A stretch of DNA of 19,830 bases, taken from a virus (lineage: Duplodnaviria > Heunggongvirae > Uroviricota > Caudoviricetes). A program made the position numbers and the translations under genes. The notes under the pieces are model-generated. The model was not told the origin of the DNA, made no database searches, and was given only the letters and a program-made list of their open reading frames with translations. The stretch lies in IMG/VR virus record IMGVR_UViG_2537561977_000028; one strand, written 5' to 3'. Below, in pieces: positions 1 to 10,356 of the stretch (position 1 is the first letter of the stretch; each line of letters opens with the position of its first letter).

Positions 1-1214
1 GTGAAACTCAATGCCCGTCAAATAGACACAGCCAAGCCAAAAGAGAAGGCTTACAAGCTGGCCGATGGTGGCGGTTTGTATCTCTTGGTAAAACCTAATG
101 GAGGTAAATACTGGCGACTTAAATATCGTGTAGCTGGTAAAGAGAAGCTATTGGCACTAGGTGTTTATCCTGAGGTTACTCTAGCCGATGCTCGGGCAAA
201 ACGTGAAGATGCGAAAAGAGGTATCGCTGGTGGTATCGATCCGATGGAAGCGAAACGAGAGGAAAAGATTGCCCGGGAAACGCAGTTAAACAACACCTTC
301 AAAGATATTGCCCTTGAGTGGCACAGCAGCAAATTAAAAAATGGTCTGCTGGTTATGCTTCAGACATCCTCGAAGCCTTCAACAAAGATGTGTTCCCTTA
401 CATTGGCAAAAAACCCATCGCCGAAATCAAACCACTTGAACTTCTGAATGTGCTGCGTCGCATCGAGGGGCGCGGTGCTACAGAAAAAGCCAAAAAAGTG
501 AGGCAACGGTGCGGGGAAGTTTTCCGCTATGCAATAGTCACTGGTCGCGCAGAGTATAACCCTGCACCAGACCTTACTAGCGCGATGCAAGGCCATGAAT
601 CTAATCATTACCCTTTCCTTACAGCCAAAGAATTACCTGATTTTTTCAAGGCATTGTCCAGTTACTCAGGAAGCGCATTGGTTGTTATGGCGGCTCGTCT
701 ACTGATTATCACCGGCTTGCGGACTGGCGAACTACGTGGCGCATTATGGGATGAAATTGATTTCAACAAGGCTATCTGGGAGATACCCGCTTCACGTATG
801 AAAATGCGGCGGCCTCATATTGTGCCATTGTCTGAGCAGGCTCTTTCGCTTATTGGGAAGATTAGAGAAATAACAGGCAATTACCCTCTTATGTTTCCCG
901 GGCGCAATGATCCAAGGAAAACAATGAGCGAGGCCAGCATAAACCAAGTGTTTAAGCGCATTGGCTACGCTGGACGTGTAACTGGTCATGGGTTCCGGCA
1001 CACTATGAGTACGATTTTGCATGAGCAGGGCTATAACACCGCGTGGATAGAAACGCAGCTCGCTCACGTTGATAAGAACTCAATTCGTGGCACATACAAC
1101 CATGCGCAATATCTGGATGGAAGGCGGGAGATGCTTCAATGGTATGCCGACTATATGGATTCTCTCGAGCATGACGGAAATGTGGTGCATATGGTGTTTG
1201 AAAAACACGCATGA
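1..1214 (+). pseudogene. int: P4/CP4-57-type tyrosine integrase (IntA-like), reading frame broken by an apparent -1 frameshift
   Basis: Frame-1 ORF 1..447 carries a typical P4-integrase N-terminus (KLADGGGLYLLVKPNGGKYWRLKYR). Frame-3 ORF 318..1214 carries the catalytic half (LRTGELRGALWDEIDF, HGFRHT, LAHVDKNSIRGTYNH). The frames meet at an A6 run (336-341); one extra A would give a continuous protein reading WHSSKLKKWSAGYAS. The GTG at position 1 may be the true start, or the start lies just upstream of the window. Confidence 0.85.
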
Positions 1215-1358
1215 AACAACTGGACAAGTATACAGAGGTTTACTAAAGTATAGGGGAGTAGATTGATAAAAACTCACAGAGGATTGCTATTTAACAGTTA
1301 GCCCTGGAGAAGGGCAATCGCTCTTTTACAAACGAAGGTGTATTGAGCCTTCTACGTC

Positions 1359-1420
1359 GCTGACAAAGCGGAATGTTCTTTAACAGGCTTTGGCGCTGAC
1401 AAAGCGCAATTGTTCTTTAA
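1359..1420. repeat. Imperfect ~26-bp direct repeat pair (GCTGACAAAGCG[G/C]AAT(T)GTTCTTTAA) in the int-alpA intergenic region
   Basis: Two copies read directly at 1359-1383 and 1395-1420, 36 bp apart start to start. Candidate protein-binding sites (AlpA or integrase arm-type); function not established. Confidence 0.5.
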
Positions 1421-1521
1421 AACTACTGGATGTCACGCCTAATAGCGTGATCCTGCCGAAATGCAGGGTAGCTCTACCCTTGTGGAGCAAACAAACCAAA
1501 ACAATCTGACTATCTTTTATA

Positions 1522-1556
1522 AAAGACCGCAATATGTTTTTCATATTGTGGTCTTT
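1522..1556. other. Long hairpin / palindrome (AAAGACCGCAATATG - TTTTT - CATATTGTGGTCTTT)
   Basis: 15-nt arms with one mismatch, read directly. No clean downstream T-tract on the plus strand, so it may be an operator or RNA structure rather than a terminator. Confidence 0.4.
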
Positions 1557-1642
1557 GGCGTATTCGACATTTGACGCAAATAAAACTCTCGCCATTCGTT
1601 GCAGGAGGGGGTTATTGCGTCATTAGTACAGGATATTAATAA

Positions 1643-1846
1643 ATGGCTAATTACAATTCATTAATTCGTCTCTCTGAAGTTCAAAGGCGAACTGGTTATA
1701 GCAAAGCATGGATTTATCGTCTTATTAGTCAGGGGAGGTTCCCTAAACAGGTAAAAATTGGAAGTCGGGCAATTGCTTTTGTTGAGTCTGAAATAGATGA
1801 ATGGATTGAGAAGTGTATATTAGAATCTAGAGACGAGGTGGCCTGA
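1643..1846 (+). CDS. alpA: AlpA-family (prophage CP4-57 regulatory protein) helix-turn-helix transcriptional regulator, 67 aa
   Basis: Translation LIRLSEVQRRTGYSKAWIYRLISQGRFPKQVKIGSRAIAFVESEIDEWI is the canonical AlpA/Xis-like HTH pattern. Position right after the integrase is typical of P4-like elements. Confidence 0.88.
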   Translation: MANYNSLIRLSEVQRRTGYSKAWIYRLISQGRFPKQVKIGSRAIAFVESEIDEWIEKCILESRDEVA

Positions 1847-2277
1847 TGGAAAAGAAAAACCGCCCATTACAGGCGGCTAATTCAGATATTCGTGTATCTG
1901 ATGTTACGCCCCTTACAAAATCCCTTCAAGCACCAAAGCGCACACCGAAAAAGCATCGTGCCAGAGTCTATATGCTGCGTACTGGTATAGAGGGATGGAC
2001 AGAAAATGACATTCTTCGCTACTGCCGTCTGTCTTCTGGTCGTAACTATGCAACAGAGTTAGAACGCCAGCTTGGAATCACTCTGGAGCGTATCGACGAA
2101 AAGAATCCTGATGGTATCGGAACACACCTTCGCTACCGTTTCTCCTGCCGTGGTGATGTTCTGAAAGTGATCACTCATATTAACCATCTTGCGAACATAA
2201 ATGATCACAACGGACTTTCTCAGCAGGAAATTGCCGACATTCTGAAACTCTACCCGGACGCGTTTAACGCCGCCTAA
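1846..2277 (+). CDS. Hypothetical protein, 143 aa
   Basis: ATG overlaps the alpA stop (TGATGG, translational coupling). Basic N-terminus, no recognisable motif. Confidence 0.6.
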   Translation: MEKKNRPLQAANSDIRVSDVTPLTKSLQAPKRTPKKHRARVYMLRTGIEGWTENDILRYCRLSSGRNYATELERQLGITLERIDEKNPDGIGTHLRYRFSCRGDVLKVITHINHLANINDHNGLSQQEIADILKLYPDAFNAA

Positions 2278-2289
2278 CGGAGACTGAAA

Positions 2290-3123
2290 ATGAACATCGA
2301 AAAAAGCAGATTAATTTCTGAGGCCGCCCCTCATCTGAACGCCTCTCTGGGCACAATTAACGGTAATGAATTTGCCGCAATTGTCCCGGTTATTCCTGGT
2401 CATATCGGTGGGCGTGAAACCAATATTGTTAGCGCAAAAGCGTTACACAAAGCGTTGGGCGTGGGAAAAGACTTCTCTACATGGATCACTGATCGCATCT
2501 CTGAATATGACTTCACCATTGGGCACGATTACTCAGTCCATAAAACTATTTCCCCAAATTTGGGGAAAATCCCGAATGGCGCGGCTTACAGCAAGATTAA
2601 GCAGTCTGGCAGACCCGGCAAAGACTATCTGTTAAGTGTCGGAATGGCGAAAGAACTGGCAATGATCGAACGCAATGATCAGGGGCGCGCTATCCGCCGT
2701 TATTTCATCCAGTGCGAGGAAGAATTACAGCGTAGCGTGCCTGAAATCGCCGCCCGCTATCGTCGCCAGCTAAAAGCCCGTCTCAGTGCCGCAAACAACT
2801 TTAAGCCAATGTGCGATGCGCTGAATATGGCCCGTGCCGAGATGGGTAAAACGACGCAGCAACACCACTACACAAACGAGAGCAATATGATTTCTCGTAT
2901 CGTTCTTGGTGGGCTAACTGCTAAACAGTGGGCGCGGATAAATGGCTATTCTGGCGAACCTCGCGACCATATGAACGCAGAACAACTTGAGCACCTCTCA
3001 TATCTCGAAAGCACCAATATCACGTTAATTGATATGGGCATGGAATATGAGCAGCGCAAAGGAGAACTCACCCGCCTGTCGCAACGCTGGCTCGCCAAGC
3101 GTCTGGAGGCGGTCAATGTTTAA
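2290..3123 (+). CDS. Phage antirepressor-like protein (AntA/AntB-type N-terminal domain), 277 aa
   Basis: Segment SAKALHKALGVGKDFSTWITDRISEYDFTIGHDYSVHK ... GRPGKDYLLSVGMAKELAMIE matches my memory of the AntA antirepressor N-terminal domain. Family assignment is by eye only. Confidence 0.6.
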   Translation: MNIEKSRLISEAAPHLNASLGTINGNEFAAIVPVIPGHIGGRETNIVSAKALHKALGVGKDFSTWITDRISEYDFTIGHDYSVHKTISPNLGKIPNGAAYSKIKQSGRPGKDYLLSVGMAKELAMIERNDQGRAIRRYFIQCEEELQRSVPEIAARYRRQLKARLSAANNFKPMCDALNMARAEMGKTTQQHHYTNESNMISRIVLGGLTAKQWARINGYSGEPRDHMNAEQLEHLSYLESTNITLIDMGMEYEQRKGELTRLSQRWLAKRLEAVNV

Positions 3124-3298
3124 GCCGACAGGAACACCACAACCTCAAAAACGCTACAAAGATGCCCACGGAGCACTCGTTACTGTCGAAAGCGTGTCTC
3201 ACAACCGAGTGACGTTTTATCGCGACGGGTATCAATCGCCATGCGTACAACCGCTGGCACGTTTCATGAAGGAGTTCGCGGAGGTTAACAAATGCTAA
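3116..3298 (+). CDS. Small hypothetical protein, 60 aa
   Basis: ATG at 3116 lies 6 nt after a GGAGG (3105-3109) and overlaps the stop of the upstream gene. The ORF-track entry 3029..3298 is probably over-extended at its 5' end. Confidence 0.5.
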   Translation: MFKPTGTPQPQKRYKDAHGALVTVESVSHNRVTFYRDGYQSPCVQPLARFMKEFAEVNKC

Positions 3299-4359
3299 CC
3301 GTCCAGAAGAAGATATTTTCACTTGCTGGCATGTCGCCAAAATCCAGCAATATGACGGCAAAATCAGTTATTAATACAGCAGATACAAGCAAAGTTTATC
3401 ATTTGCTGGTGGTCGGAACGGATGCCTTAACCATACCAGAAATCTCGGGCGATGATATTAGCATTGAGAAGGTCAGCGGCTGCGCCAGAAAATTTCTGGT
3501 CGTAGATGATGTCTTCCGCTCGTGTAGTGACTCCACAAAAACATTCGTCCACGCGCGTGACGTTAACGAAATGAGCGCGATGTACTGTGCTTCTGGTTCT
3601 TCCAATAGTGAGTTTTCGGAGTCCATAAAAAAGAGCTTGCCGTTATGCGGCAACACGGTTTATGGTTATAAGGCACCTCATAAAACGGGTGCCGGGATTG
3701 GCGTCCTGAAAATTCTGAAGGCGACATATGACGCGCCGAGCGTCTTTTTTTATGTCGTAGGTCTGACTCACCCATTTTTTGGGCGTTGGTGTATAATCCA
3801 GCGCCTTTGTCAATCAATGGTGGCTCAGGCGGGGGCTTCTTCGGAAGCGCCGGTATCCTTCAGAGCCGGTTACGCCAACCCTGTCTGGGCTACCACCAGC
3901 GAAATTGGCGTTTCCGGTGGTAGCGTAACCTGCTATCTGAAGGAGGCTGCCACATGCTGGCTACTACCCCTACCCAAAAACCGCAATTTATCTGGATTAT
4001 CGCCGCAGTTCGCCGCGATTGCCCGACAATTACCGCCAAAATTCATCATATTGCTGCCGAGTCTGAACGCGATGCTCGCCGTTCTCTGGTGCGCGATCAC
4101 GTCTGCTTTTTTGCTGGTCGTATCCGCATGGAGGTGGCACATGATTAAAACCTACGATGTGCATATGGATCCCCTCGAACGCACAAGCCAGATCATCACA
4201 CTGACAGAAGTGATTAACGACATTCTGGTGAGCAACTCTCCCTCACGAGACGAAAGACTGAAGGCGTTACTCGCGATATTGGATCTCGCCGTTCGTGACG
4301 TTCATTTCCTGCTGGAAGGTGGCGAAATGCCAGGAAAAACGGGGGCAACCAATGAATAA
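3292..4359 (+). CDS. Open reading frame of uncertain extent (355 codons without stop); probably coding only in its 5' part
   Basis: ATG overlaps the upstream stop (ATGCTAA). Frame 1 is purine-rich at codon position 1 up to about 3950, then uses rare codons (CTA CTA CCC CTA, AGG, ATA) where frame 3 (3954..4148) looks coding. See findings. Confidence 0.3.
   Translation: MLTVQKKIFSLAGMSPKSSNMTAKSVINTADTSKVYHLLVVGTDALTIPEISGDDISIEKVSGCARKFLVVDDVFRSCSDSTKTFVHARDVNEMSAMYCASGSSNSEFSESIKKSLPLCGNTVYGYKAPHKTGAGIGVLKILKATYDAPSVFFYVVGLTHPFFGRWCIIQRLCQSMVAQAGASSEAPVSFRAGYANPVWATTSEIGVSGGSVTCYLKEAATCWLLPLPKNRNLSGLSPQFAAIARQLPPKFIILLPSLNAMLAVLWCAITSAFLLVVSAWRWHMIKTYDVHMDPLERTSQIITLTEVINDILVSNSPSRDERLKALLAILDLAVRDVHFLLEGGEMPGKTGATNE
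3954..4148 (+). CDS. Small hypothetical protein, 64 aa
   Basis: AGGAGG at 3941-3946, 7 nt before the ATG. Codons are mostly high-frequency NNC/NNG types. Stop overlaps the next ATG (ATGATTAA). Confidence 0.5.
   Translation: MLATTPTQKPQFIWIIAAVRRDCPTITAKIHHIAAESERDARRSLVRDHVCFFAGRIRMEVAHD
4141..4359 (+). CDS. Small hypothetical protein, 72 aa (internal start within the long frame-1 ORF)
   Basis: GGAGGTGG precedes the ATG at 4141. Translation [30 protein letters not shown]... is protein-like. Stop overlaps the next start (ATGAATAA). Confidence 0.45.
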   Translation: MIKTYDVHMDPLERTSQIITLTEVINDILVSNSPSRDERLKALLAILDLAVRDVHFLLEGGEMPGKTGATNE

Positions 4360-4546
4360 CTCAATTAATGCCCCTCGACTTACGTCCGCACTTCAATTAA
4401 TCGAGCAAGCAGCGACTGTCCTGGTTGCTGTCAGTCTTTCGGCTGAAGAAATGGACGCTGCTGATGTCGTGGATGCGATTAAAGCGTGCTCATCTTTGGT
4501 TAACGATGCCCGTGCAGAGCTGGTAATTCTTGGGGGTGAAAAATGA
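4352..4546 (+). CDS. Small hypothetical protein, 64 aa
   Basis: ATG at 4352 preceded by GGGGG and overlapping the upstream stop. The ORF-track entry 4295..4546 is likely over-extended. Confidence 0.5.
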   Translation: MNNSINAPRLTSALQLIEQAATVLVAVSLSAEEMDAADVVDAIKACSSLVNDARAELVILGGEK

Positions 4547-4806
4547 ATATCAACTTAATTTATCGTCATCCGCGTGAGCTGGAAATTGAATCATTGCTGG
4601 GGCGTGAAGAGCCATATCCAGACACATTCACTCCCGCAGATTGCGCGACTGAACGGCTTACCAGAGCGCGCACAGGTCTGGTTCATGTGATGAATGAGAT
4701 TATTCCCTCGGTGGGAGGGGAACAGGCGACAGTAATCAATAGCTGGCTACAAAAAGTTACCTCCCTGATAGATATCAGTTTAATCGATGTGGAGAGTGCG
4801 AAATGA
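4543..4806 (+). CDS. Small hypothetical protein, 87 aa
   Basis: Start overlaps the upstream stop (ATGA) and its own stop overlaps the next ATG at 4803; part of a translationally coupled chain. Confidence 0.55.
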   Translation: MNINLIYRHPRELEIESLLGREEPYPDTFTPADCATERLTRARTGLVHVMNEIIPSVGGEQATVINSWLQKVTSLIDISLIDVESAK

Positions 4807-4920
4807 CCAACATCCAGCTCATTGAAGCGCAATGTCGCATCGAACAGGTTCAGACTGTTTTAGGGTTCTGGCTTGAAGGGGCCATCCCCATGAAGTGGTC
4901 AACAAAAACTGGCCACCGAG

Positions 4921-6068
<1,148 letters not shown>

Positions 6069-6269
6069 TATGGCACCTGTGTTGTTCTGAGGTGAGCATA
6101 TCACCTCTGTTCAGGTGGCCAAATTCAGTAAACCACTTCACCAGCAACAGAGACAAGTTAATGATTGGCGCGGTTATGTCACTGCTCAATGGCGTACCAG
6201 AAGCTATTCAGGAAGCAGACGAATTGTTGGGCAAATATGAGTTACAGAATCATTCAGGCGAGGCGAAAC

Positions 6270-6872
6270 ATGAATAATTTCTTAACCTTCCATGCAGAAG
6301 CAACGCCTGACGGCGTAAACATCATGTACCGCAGCAACGATGGCATGACAGAACGCGTTGAGGCCGTTTCATATATTGATGCCGTAAATCGTCTGGATGC
6401 CGGGGATTATGACGATAAACCAGATGAAGGTATGTCAATACATCTTGCTATTGCCGATGGCGGCAACCAGGGATATTTCGATTACACATCACAGCATAAC
6501 GTCATTATGTGGAGATGGCTGATCGCAACAGTATTCATGCTGGAAATGAGAGAGGAAAACGGCACTGTCAGCATCATTGATGATACTGGCAATCCTTCCG
6601 AAGTGGCTGTTTATTCCAACGGCATCGTCGCCATGCCGCTGTATCCAGTAGCAGAGCGCCTCGCTATGGCAAACAACATTGAGGGCGCGATGATAGAACG
6701 TTTTGGCATCGAGTCTGGCACAGAACGCGCCATCATTTTCTACAGAGCCATGATGGATGTGGAACAAGGAGCACTGACTCCATTTGGTCGTGAAACGCTT
6801 GCTGAACTTCACAACAGCTTTATAGCTGAACTGAATGAAAACGGCATGCCAGCGGAACCAGTGACGCACTGA
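6270..6872 (+). CDS. Hypothetical protein, 200 aa
   Basis: ATG at 6270 overlaps the stop of the disrupted small gene (ATGAATAA). The ORF-track entry starts at 6165 but the coupling pattern favours 6270. No recognisable motif. Confidence 0.55.
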   Translation: MNNFLTFHAEATPDGVNIMYRSNDGMTERVEAVSYIDAVNRLDAGDYDDKPDEGMSIHLAIADGGNQGYFDYTSQHNVIMWRWLIATVFMLEMREENGTVSIIDDTGNPSEVAVYSNGIVAMPLYPVAERLAMANNIEGAMIERFGIESGTERAIIFYRAMMDVEQGALTPFGRETLAELHNSFIAELNENGMPAEPVTH

Positions 6873-6882
6873 GGATGGAGCC

Positions 6883-7224
6883 ATGATTACTAAAAATTTC
6901 CGACTGAATGCGCTGGCAAATAAGTATGCGTCGGCACTGTATAACCACATTACCTCCACCAGCGGCGGGGACTATTTCATGGTTCATGCGGACGACAAGG
7001 CCGTACGTGTGGAAATCGTCAATGGAGTAAAAGGCGTTCGCAGCCTGATCGATAGCTACACACTGGCTGCCATGAAAGTGTTCTACCCGCAGTGGGAAAC
7101 CGTGGGGATCGAGCTTCTTGATCGTTGCGTCGCTAAGGACGGATTGACTGACGTCGGGCGTGAGATATGGCAAAGCATGGTTAATGACATGGGCGCAACT
7201 GTAGCGGGAGGTTCTCATGCGTGA
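6883..7224 (+). CDS. Hypothetical protein, 113 aa
   Basis: Plus-strand ORF in the operon upstream of the primase; stop overlaps the next start. Confidence 0.55.
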   Translation: MITKNFRLNALANKYASALYNHITSTSGGDYFMVHADDKAVRVEIVNGVKGVRSLIDSYTLAAMKVFYPQWETVGIELLDRCVAKDGLTDVGREIWQSMVNDMGATVAGGSHA

Positions 7225-7588
7225 AAATGCAGAAATGGCGCTTAGCTCCGCAATCGGAGAGCAGGTGGCAAAGATTGCTGGTGCTGTGTGGATTCATAAC
7301 CTTCATTCTACTGGTGAAGAGAAAATGGCAATTCAGACGCCAGAGGGACGCACCATTACTACATCTCTGAAGCCGTCAGATGTTTGTGATCTGATTTGCG
7401 CATTCATGTACCCAGCAATGAGGACTGTCCACGGCGATAAGTGGAAACTTGCGACAACCGCTGAATTTGATATGTGGCTAAACAATGATGGCATGCTGAC
7501 TGATTACGGAATAACCAAGTGGCAGATGCTGGTTAGCCATATCGCAAACGCTATAGACCACGTGGGGTACGGTGATGCGAAACATTGA
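7217..7588 (+). CDS. Hypothetical protein, 123 aa
   Basis: Plus-strand ORF overlapping the primase start by 17 nt. Confidence 0.55.
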   Translation: MRENAEMALSSAIGEQVAKIAGAVWIHNLHSTGEEKMAIQTPEGRTITTSLKPSDVCDLICAFMYPAMRTVHGDKWKLATTAEFDMWLNNDGMLTDYGITKWQMLVSHIANAIDHVGYGDAKH

Positions 7589-10331
7589 TCTTATCCGTCA
7601 GGTTATCAGTGCGTCTGAAAACAACTGGCCTCATGTGCTGGGCTGCCTGAACATAAATGTCCCTGACTCTCCGCGCCGTCATGCTCCCTGCCCTGCATGT
7701 GGGGGCAAAGATCGATTCCGGTTCGATGACAACGGGCGCGGTAGCTTCATCTGTAATCAGTGCGGCGCTGGTGATGGGCTGGATTTAATTAAACGCGTAA
7801 ATAACTGCGACACAACAGAGGCGGCGCTTCTTGCCGCTGATGTTCTGGGTATTGATTACCGGACAACGGAAACACCAGAAGCCACCAGCCAGAAACGGGA
7901 ACAACTGGAAACCGAGCGCCAGCGACGCGAACAGGAGCGCCTGAAAAGGGCAGAGAAGGACGAACAACAAAGACGGGATACGTTTTCCCGTCAGTTTGAT
8001 GACATGCGCAGAAAGGCTGTAAACGGCAAATCTGATTATCTGGTTGCGAAAGGGGTAGGTGATTTTACATTCCCCGTGTTGCCCGATGGATCTCTGTTGC
8101 TGGCGCTGGTGGATAAATCCGGCGCAGTCACAGCAGCACAGACTATTACCTCACATGGTGAAAAAAGACTCCTGACAGGTTCAGCAAAGCGGGGGGCATA
8201 TCACGCCATAAACGCACCAGAAACAACACAGAGCATCTTAATCGCAGAAGGGCTGGCAACGGCATTATCTGCCCATTTAATTCGTCCAGAGGCGCTGACA
8301 GTGGCGGCGATTGATGCCGGGAACCTGTTATATGTCGCCCAGGTACTGCGGGATAAATATCCATCAGCACAAATCATCATTGCTGCGGATAACGACCACA
8401 GCGAAGGAAGACAAAACACGGGGAGAATAGCAGCAGAAAAAGCAGCTTTATCTGTTTCTGGATGGGTGGCATTACCCCCCACAGATCACAAAGCAGACTG
8501 GAATGATTACCACCAAAAACACGGCATTAAATGCGCCACAGAAGCGTTCAATAAGTCAATGTACCAACCACAGGGTAATGGCGTGAAACAGGAGCCACAG
8601 ACCATTGAGGGAAGCGATTTTAAGGTTATGGATACCGACCCACTGAAACCAAGAATAGAAAGCCGCGAGGATGGTATTTATTGGGTATCTCCGAGAGCTG
8701 ACAGCCAGAGTGGAGAAATCATCAATAACGAAAGCTGGTTATGTTCTCCGTTAAGCGTTATCGGTACTGGCAGAGACGATAAAGACCAGTATCTCATTCT
8801 TCGCTGGCTGTCGTTTGGTTCTGAAACGCCGACAACCGCTGCCATTCCACTGGCTGATATTGGTGAACGTGAAGGATGGCGCACACTTAAAGCTGGTGGG
8901 GTAAATGTCACGACCAAAAGCAGCCTCAGAGCAATACTGGCAGACTGGCTACAACGCAGTGGCTCTCGTGAATTGTGGCGTGTTGCTCATGCCACTGGCT
9001 GGCAATGCGGAGCGTACATCATGCCTGATGGGGAAATCATCGGAACACCTGAAAATCCTGTGCTGTTCAGCGGGAGAAGCTCAGCCGCAGCCGGATATAC
9101 CGTCTCAGGGAGCGCGAAAAGCTGGCGTGATAACGTGGCGCGTCTGGCCTTTGGTAACTATTCAATGATGACCGGGATCGGCGCAGCACTGGCAGCGCCA
9201 TTGATTGGGCTGGTGGGCGCTGACGGGTTCGGCATTCATTTCTATGAGCAGTCGAGCGCAGGTAAGACCACCACGGCAAACGTGGCGAGCAGCTTATACG
9301 GCAACCCTGATTTACTGCGGCTGACGTGGTACGGAACCGCGCTGGGGCTGGCAAATGAAGCCGCCGCCCACAATGACGGACTAATGCCGCTTGATGAAGT
9401 TGGTCAGGGCGCTGATCCTGTCAGTGTTTCACAGTCTGCCTATGCGTTATTTAACGGTGTAGGGAAACTGCAAGGCGCTAAAGATGGTGGAAACCGGGAT
9501 CTAAAACGCTGGCGTACAGTGGCAATCAGCACTGGAGAAATGGATTTAGAAACATTTATCGCTACTTCCGGGCGAAAAACCAAAGCCGGGCAACTGGTGC
9601 GACTGCTGAATATTCCGTTGAGTAAAGCAGTACGCTTTCACGATTACCAGAACGGAAAACAGCACGCAGACGCACTGAAAGACGCTTACCAGCATCACCA
9701 CGGCGCAGCCGGGCGTGAGTGGATTAAATGGCTGGCAGACCACCAGCAACAGGCAATTAAAACTGTTCGTGACTGCGAAAGCAGATGGAGAAGTCTGATC
9801 CCATCCGATTATGGTGAGCAGGTTCACCGTGTAGCCGCGCGATTTGCCATTCTGGAGGCCGCATTGCTGTTAGGCGAGGTTGTAACAGGCTGGGATGCTC
9901 AGACATGCCGTGATGCGATACAGCACAGCTATAACGCATGGTTGCGCGAGTTCGGCACAGGTAACAAAGAACATCAGCAGATTATTGAACAAACGGAGGC
10001 ATTTCTTAATGCCTATGGGCTTAGCCGTTTTGCACCATTTCCATACAGCCCGGCAGATTTGCCCATCAAAGATTTGGCCGGATACCGTCAGCGTGGAGAA
10101 CATGACGAAAGCCCAATGATTTTCTACACATTCCCGGCCACATTTGAAAAGGAGATCGCATGTGGTTTCAACGCAAAACAGTTTGCTGAAGTGTTGAAAA
10201 AAGCCGGGATGCTAACCCCACCAAACAGCGGTCGTGGATACCAAAGAAAATCACCACGTATTCAGGGACGACAAATAAACGTTTATGTACTCAATTACCA
10301 GCCAGGAGATTATAACTCATCTGAAGAATGA
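7572..10331 (+). CDS. P4-alpha-like replicative primase-helicase (zinc ribbon + TOPRIM primase + C-terminal P-loop NTPase of DUF927/D5 type), 919 aa
   Basis: Cys4 zinc ribbon CPACGGKDRFRFDD...FICNQCG; TOPRIM motifs ILIAEGLATAL and IIIAADND; P-loop-like FYEQSSAGKTTT. Likely start is the ATG at 7575 (the track starts at GTG 7572). Confidence 0.85.
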   Translation: MMRNIDLIRQVISASENNWPHVLGCLNINVPDSPRRHAPCPACGGKDRFRFDDNGRGSFICNQCGAGDGLDLIKRVNNCDTTEAALLAADVLGIDYRTTETPEATSQKREQLETERQRREQERLKRAEKDEQQRRDTFSRQFDDMRRKAVNGKSDYLVAKGVGDFTFPVLPDGSLLLALVDKSGAVTAAQTITSHGEKRLLTGSAKRGAYHAINAPETTQSILIAEGLATALSAHLIRPEALTVAAIDAGNLLYVAQVLRDKYPSAQIIIAADNDHSEGRQNTGRIAAEKAALSVSGWVALPPTDHKADWNDYHQKHGIKCATEAFNKSMYQPQGNGVKQEPQTIEGSDFKVMDTDPLKPRIESREDGIYWVSPRADSQSGEIINNESWLCSPLSVIGTGRDDKDQYLILRWLSFGSETPTTAAIPLADIGEREGWRTLKAGGVNVTTKSSLRAILADWLQRSGSRELWRVAHATGWQCGAYIMPDGEIIGTPENPVLFSGRSSAAAGYTVSGSAKSWRDNVARLAFGNYSMMTGIGAALAAPLIGLVGADGFGIHFYEQSSAGKTTTANVASSLYGNPDLLRLTWYGTALGLANEAAAHNDGLMPLDEVGQGADPVSVSQSAYALFNGVGKLQGAKDGGNRDLKRWRTVAISTGEMDLETFIATSGRKTKAGQLVRLLNIPLSKAVRFHDYQNGKQHADALKDAYQHHHGAAGREWIKWLADHQQQAIKTVRDCESRWRSLIPSDYGEQVHRVAARFAILEAALLLGEVVTGWDAQTCRDAIQHSYNAWLREFGTGNKEHQQIIEQTEAFLNAYGLSRFAPFPYSPADLPIKDLAGYRQRGEHDESPMIFYTFPATFEKEIACGFNAKQFAEVLKKAGMLTPPNSGRGYQRKSPRIQGRQINVYVLNYQPGDYNSSEE

Positions 10332-10356
10332 GCTTCTTCATGTGCGTAGAAAAGGT

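Noticed and set aside
1380-1595. 71-aa minus-strand ORF in the int-alpA intergenic region
   Set aside because: Overlaps the direct repeats and hairpin; no RBS and poor codon structure.
2366-2635. 89-aa plus-strand ORF nested in the antirepressor-like gene in another frame
   Set aside because: Fully contained within a better-supported gene; low-complexity translation.
3781-3800. Promoter call at GGTGTATAATCC (3788-3799)
   Set aside because: Good -10 hexamer but no acceptable -35 at 16-18 bp spacing, and the region may be coding; not reported as a feature.
3399-3817. Two minus-strand ORFs (3399..3656, 3563..3817) and the nested ORFs 3933..4142 (-) and 3029..3115 (5' extension)
   Set aside because: Antisense to the coupled plus-strand genes, overlap each other in different frames, no start signals.
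7785-10119. Multiple short ORFs on both strands inside the primase gene (7785..7970, 8146..8370, 8201..8482, 8678..8917, 8905..9168, 9067..9354, 9546..9827, 9757..9939, 9870..10103, 9895..10119)
   Set aside because: All lie within the well-supported 919-aa primase ORF; typical spurious frames.
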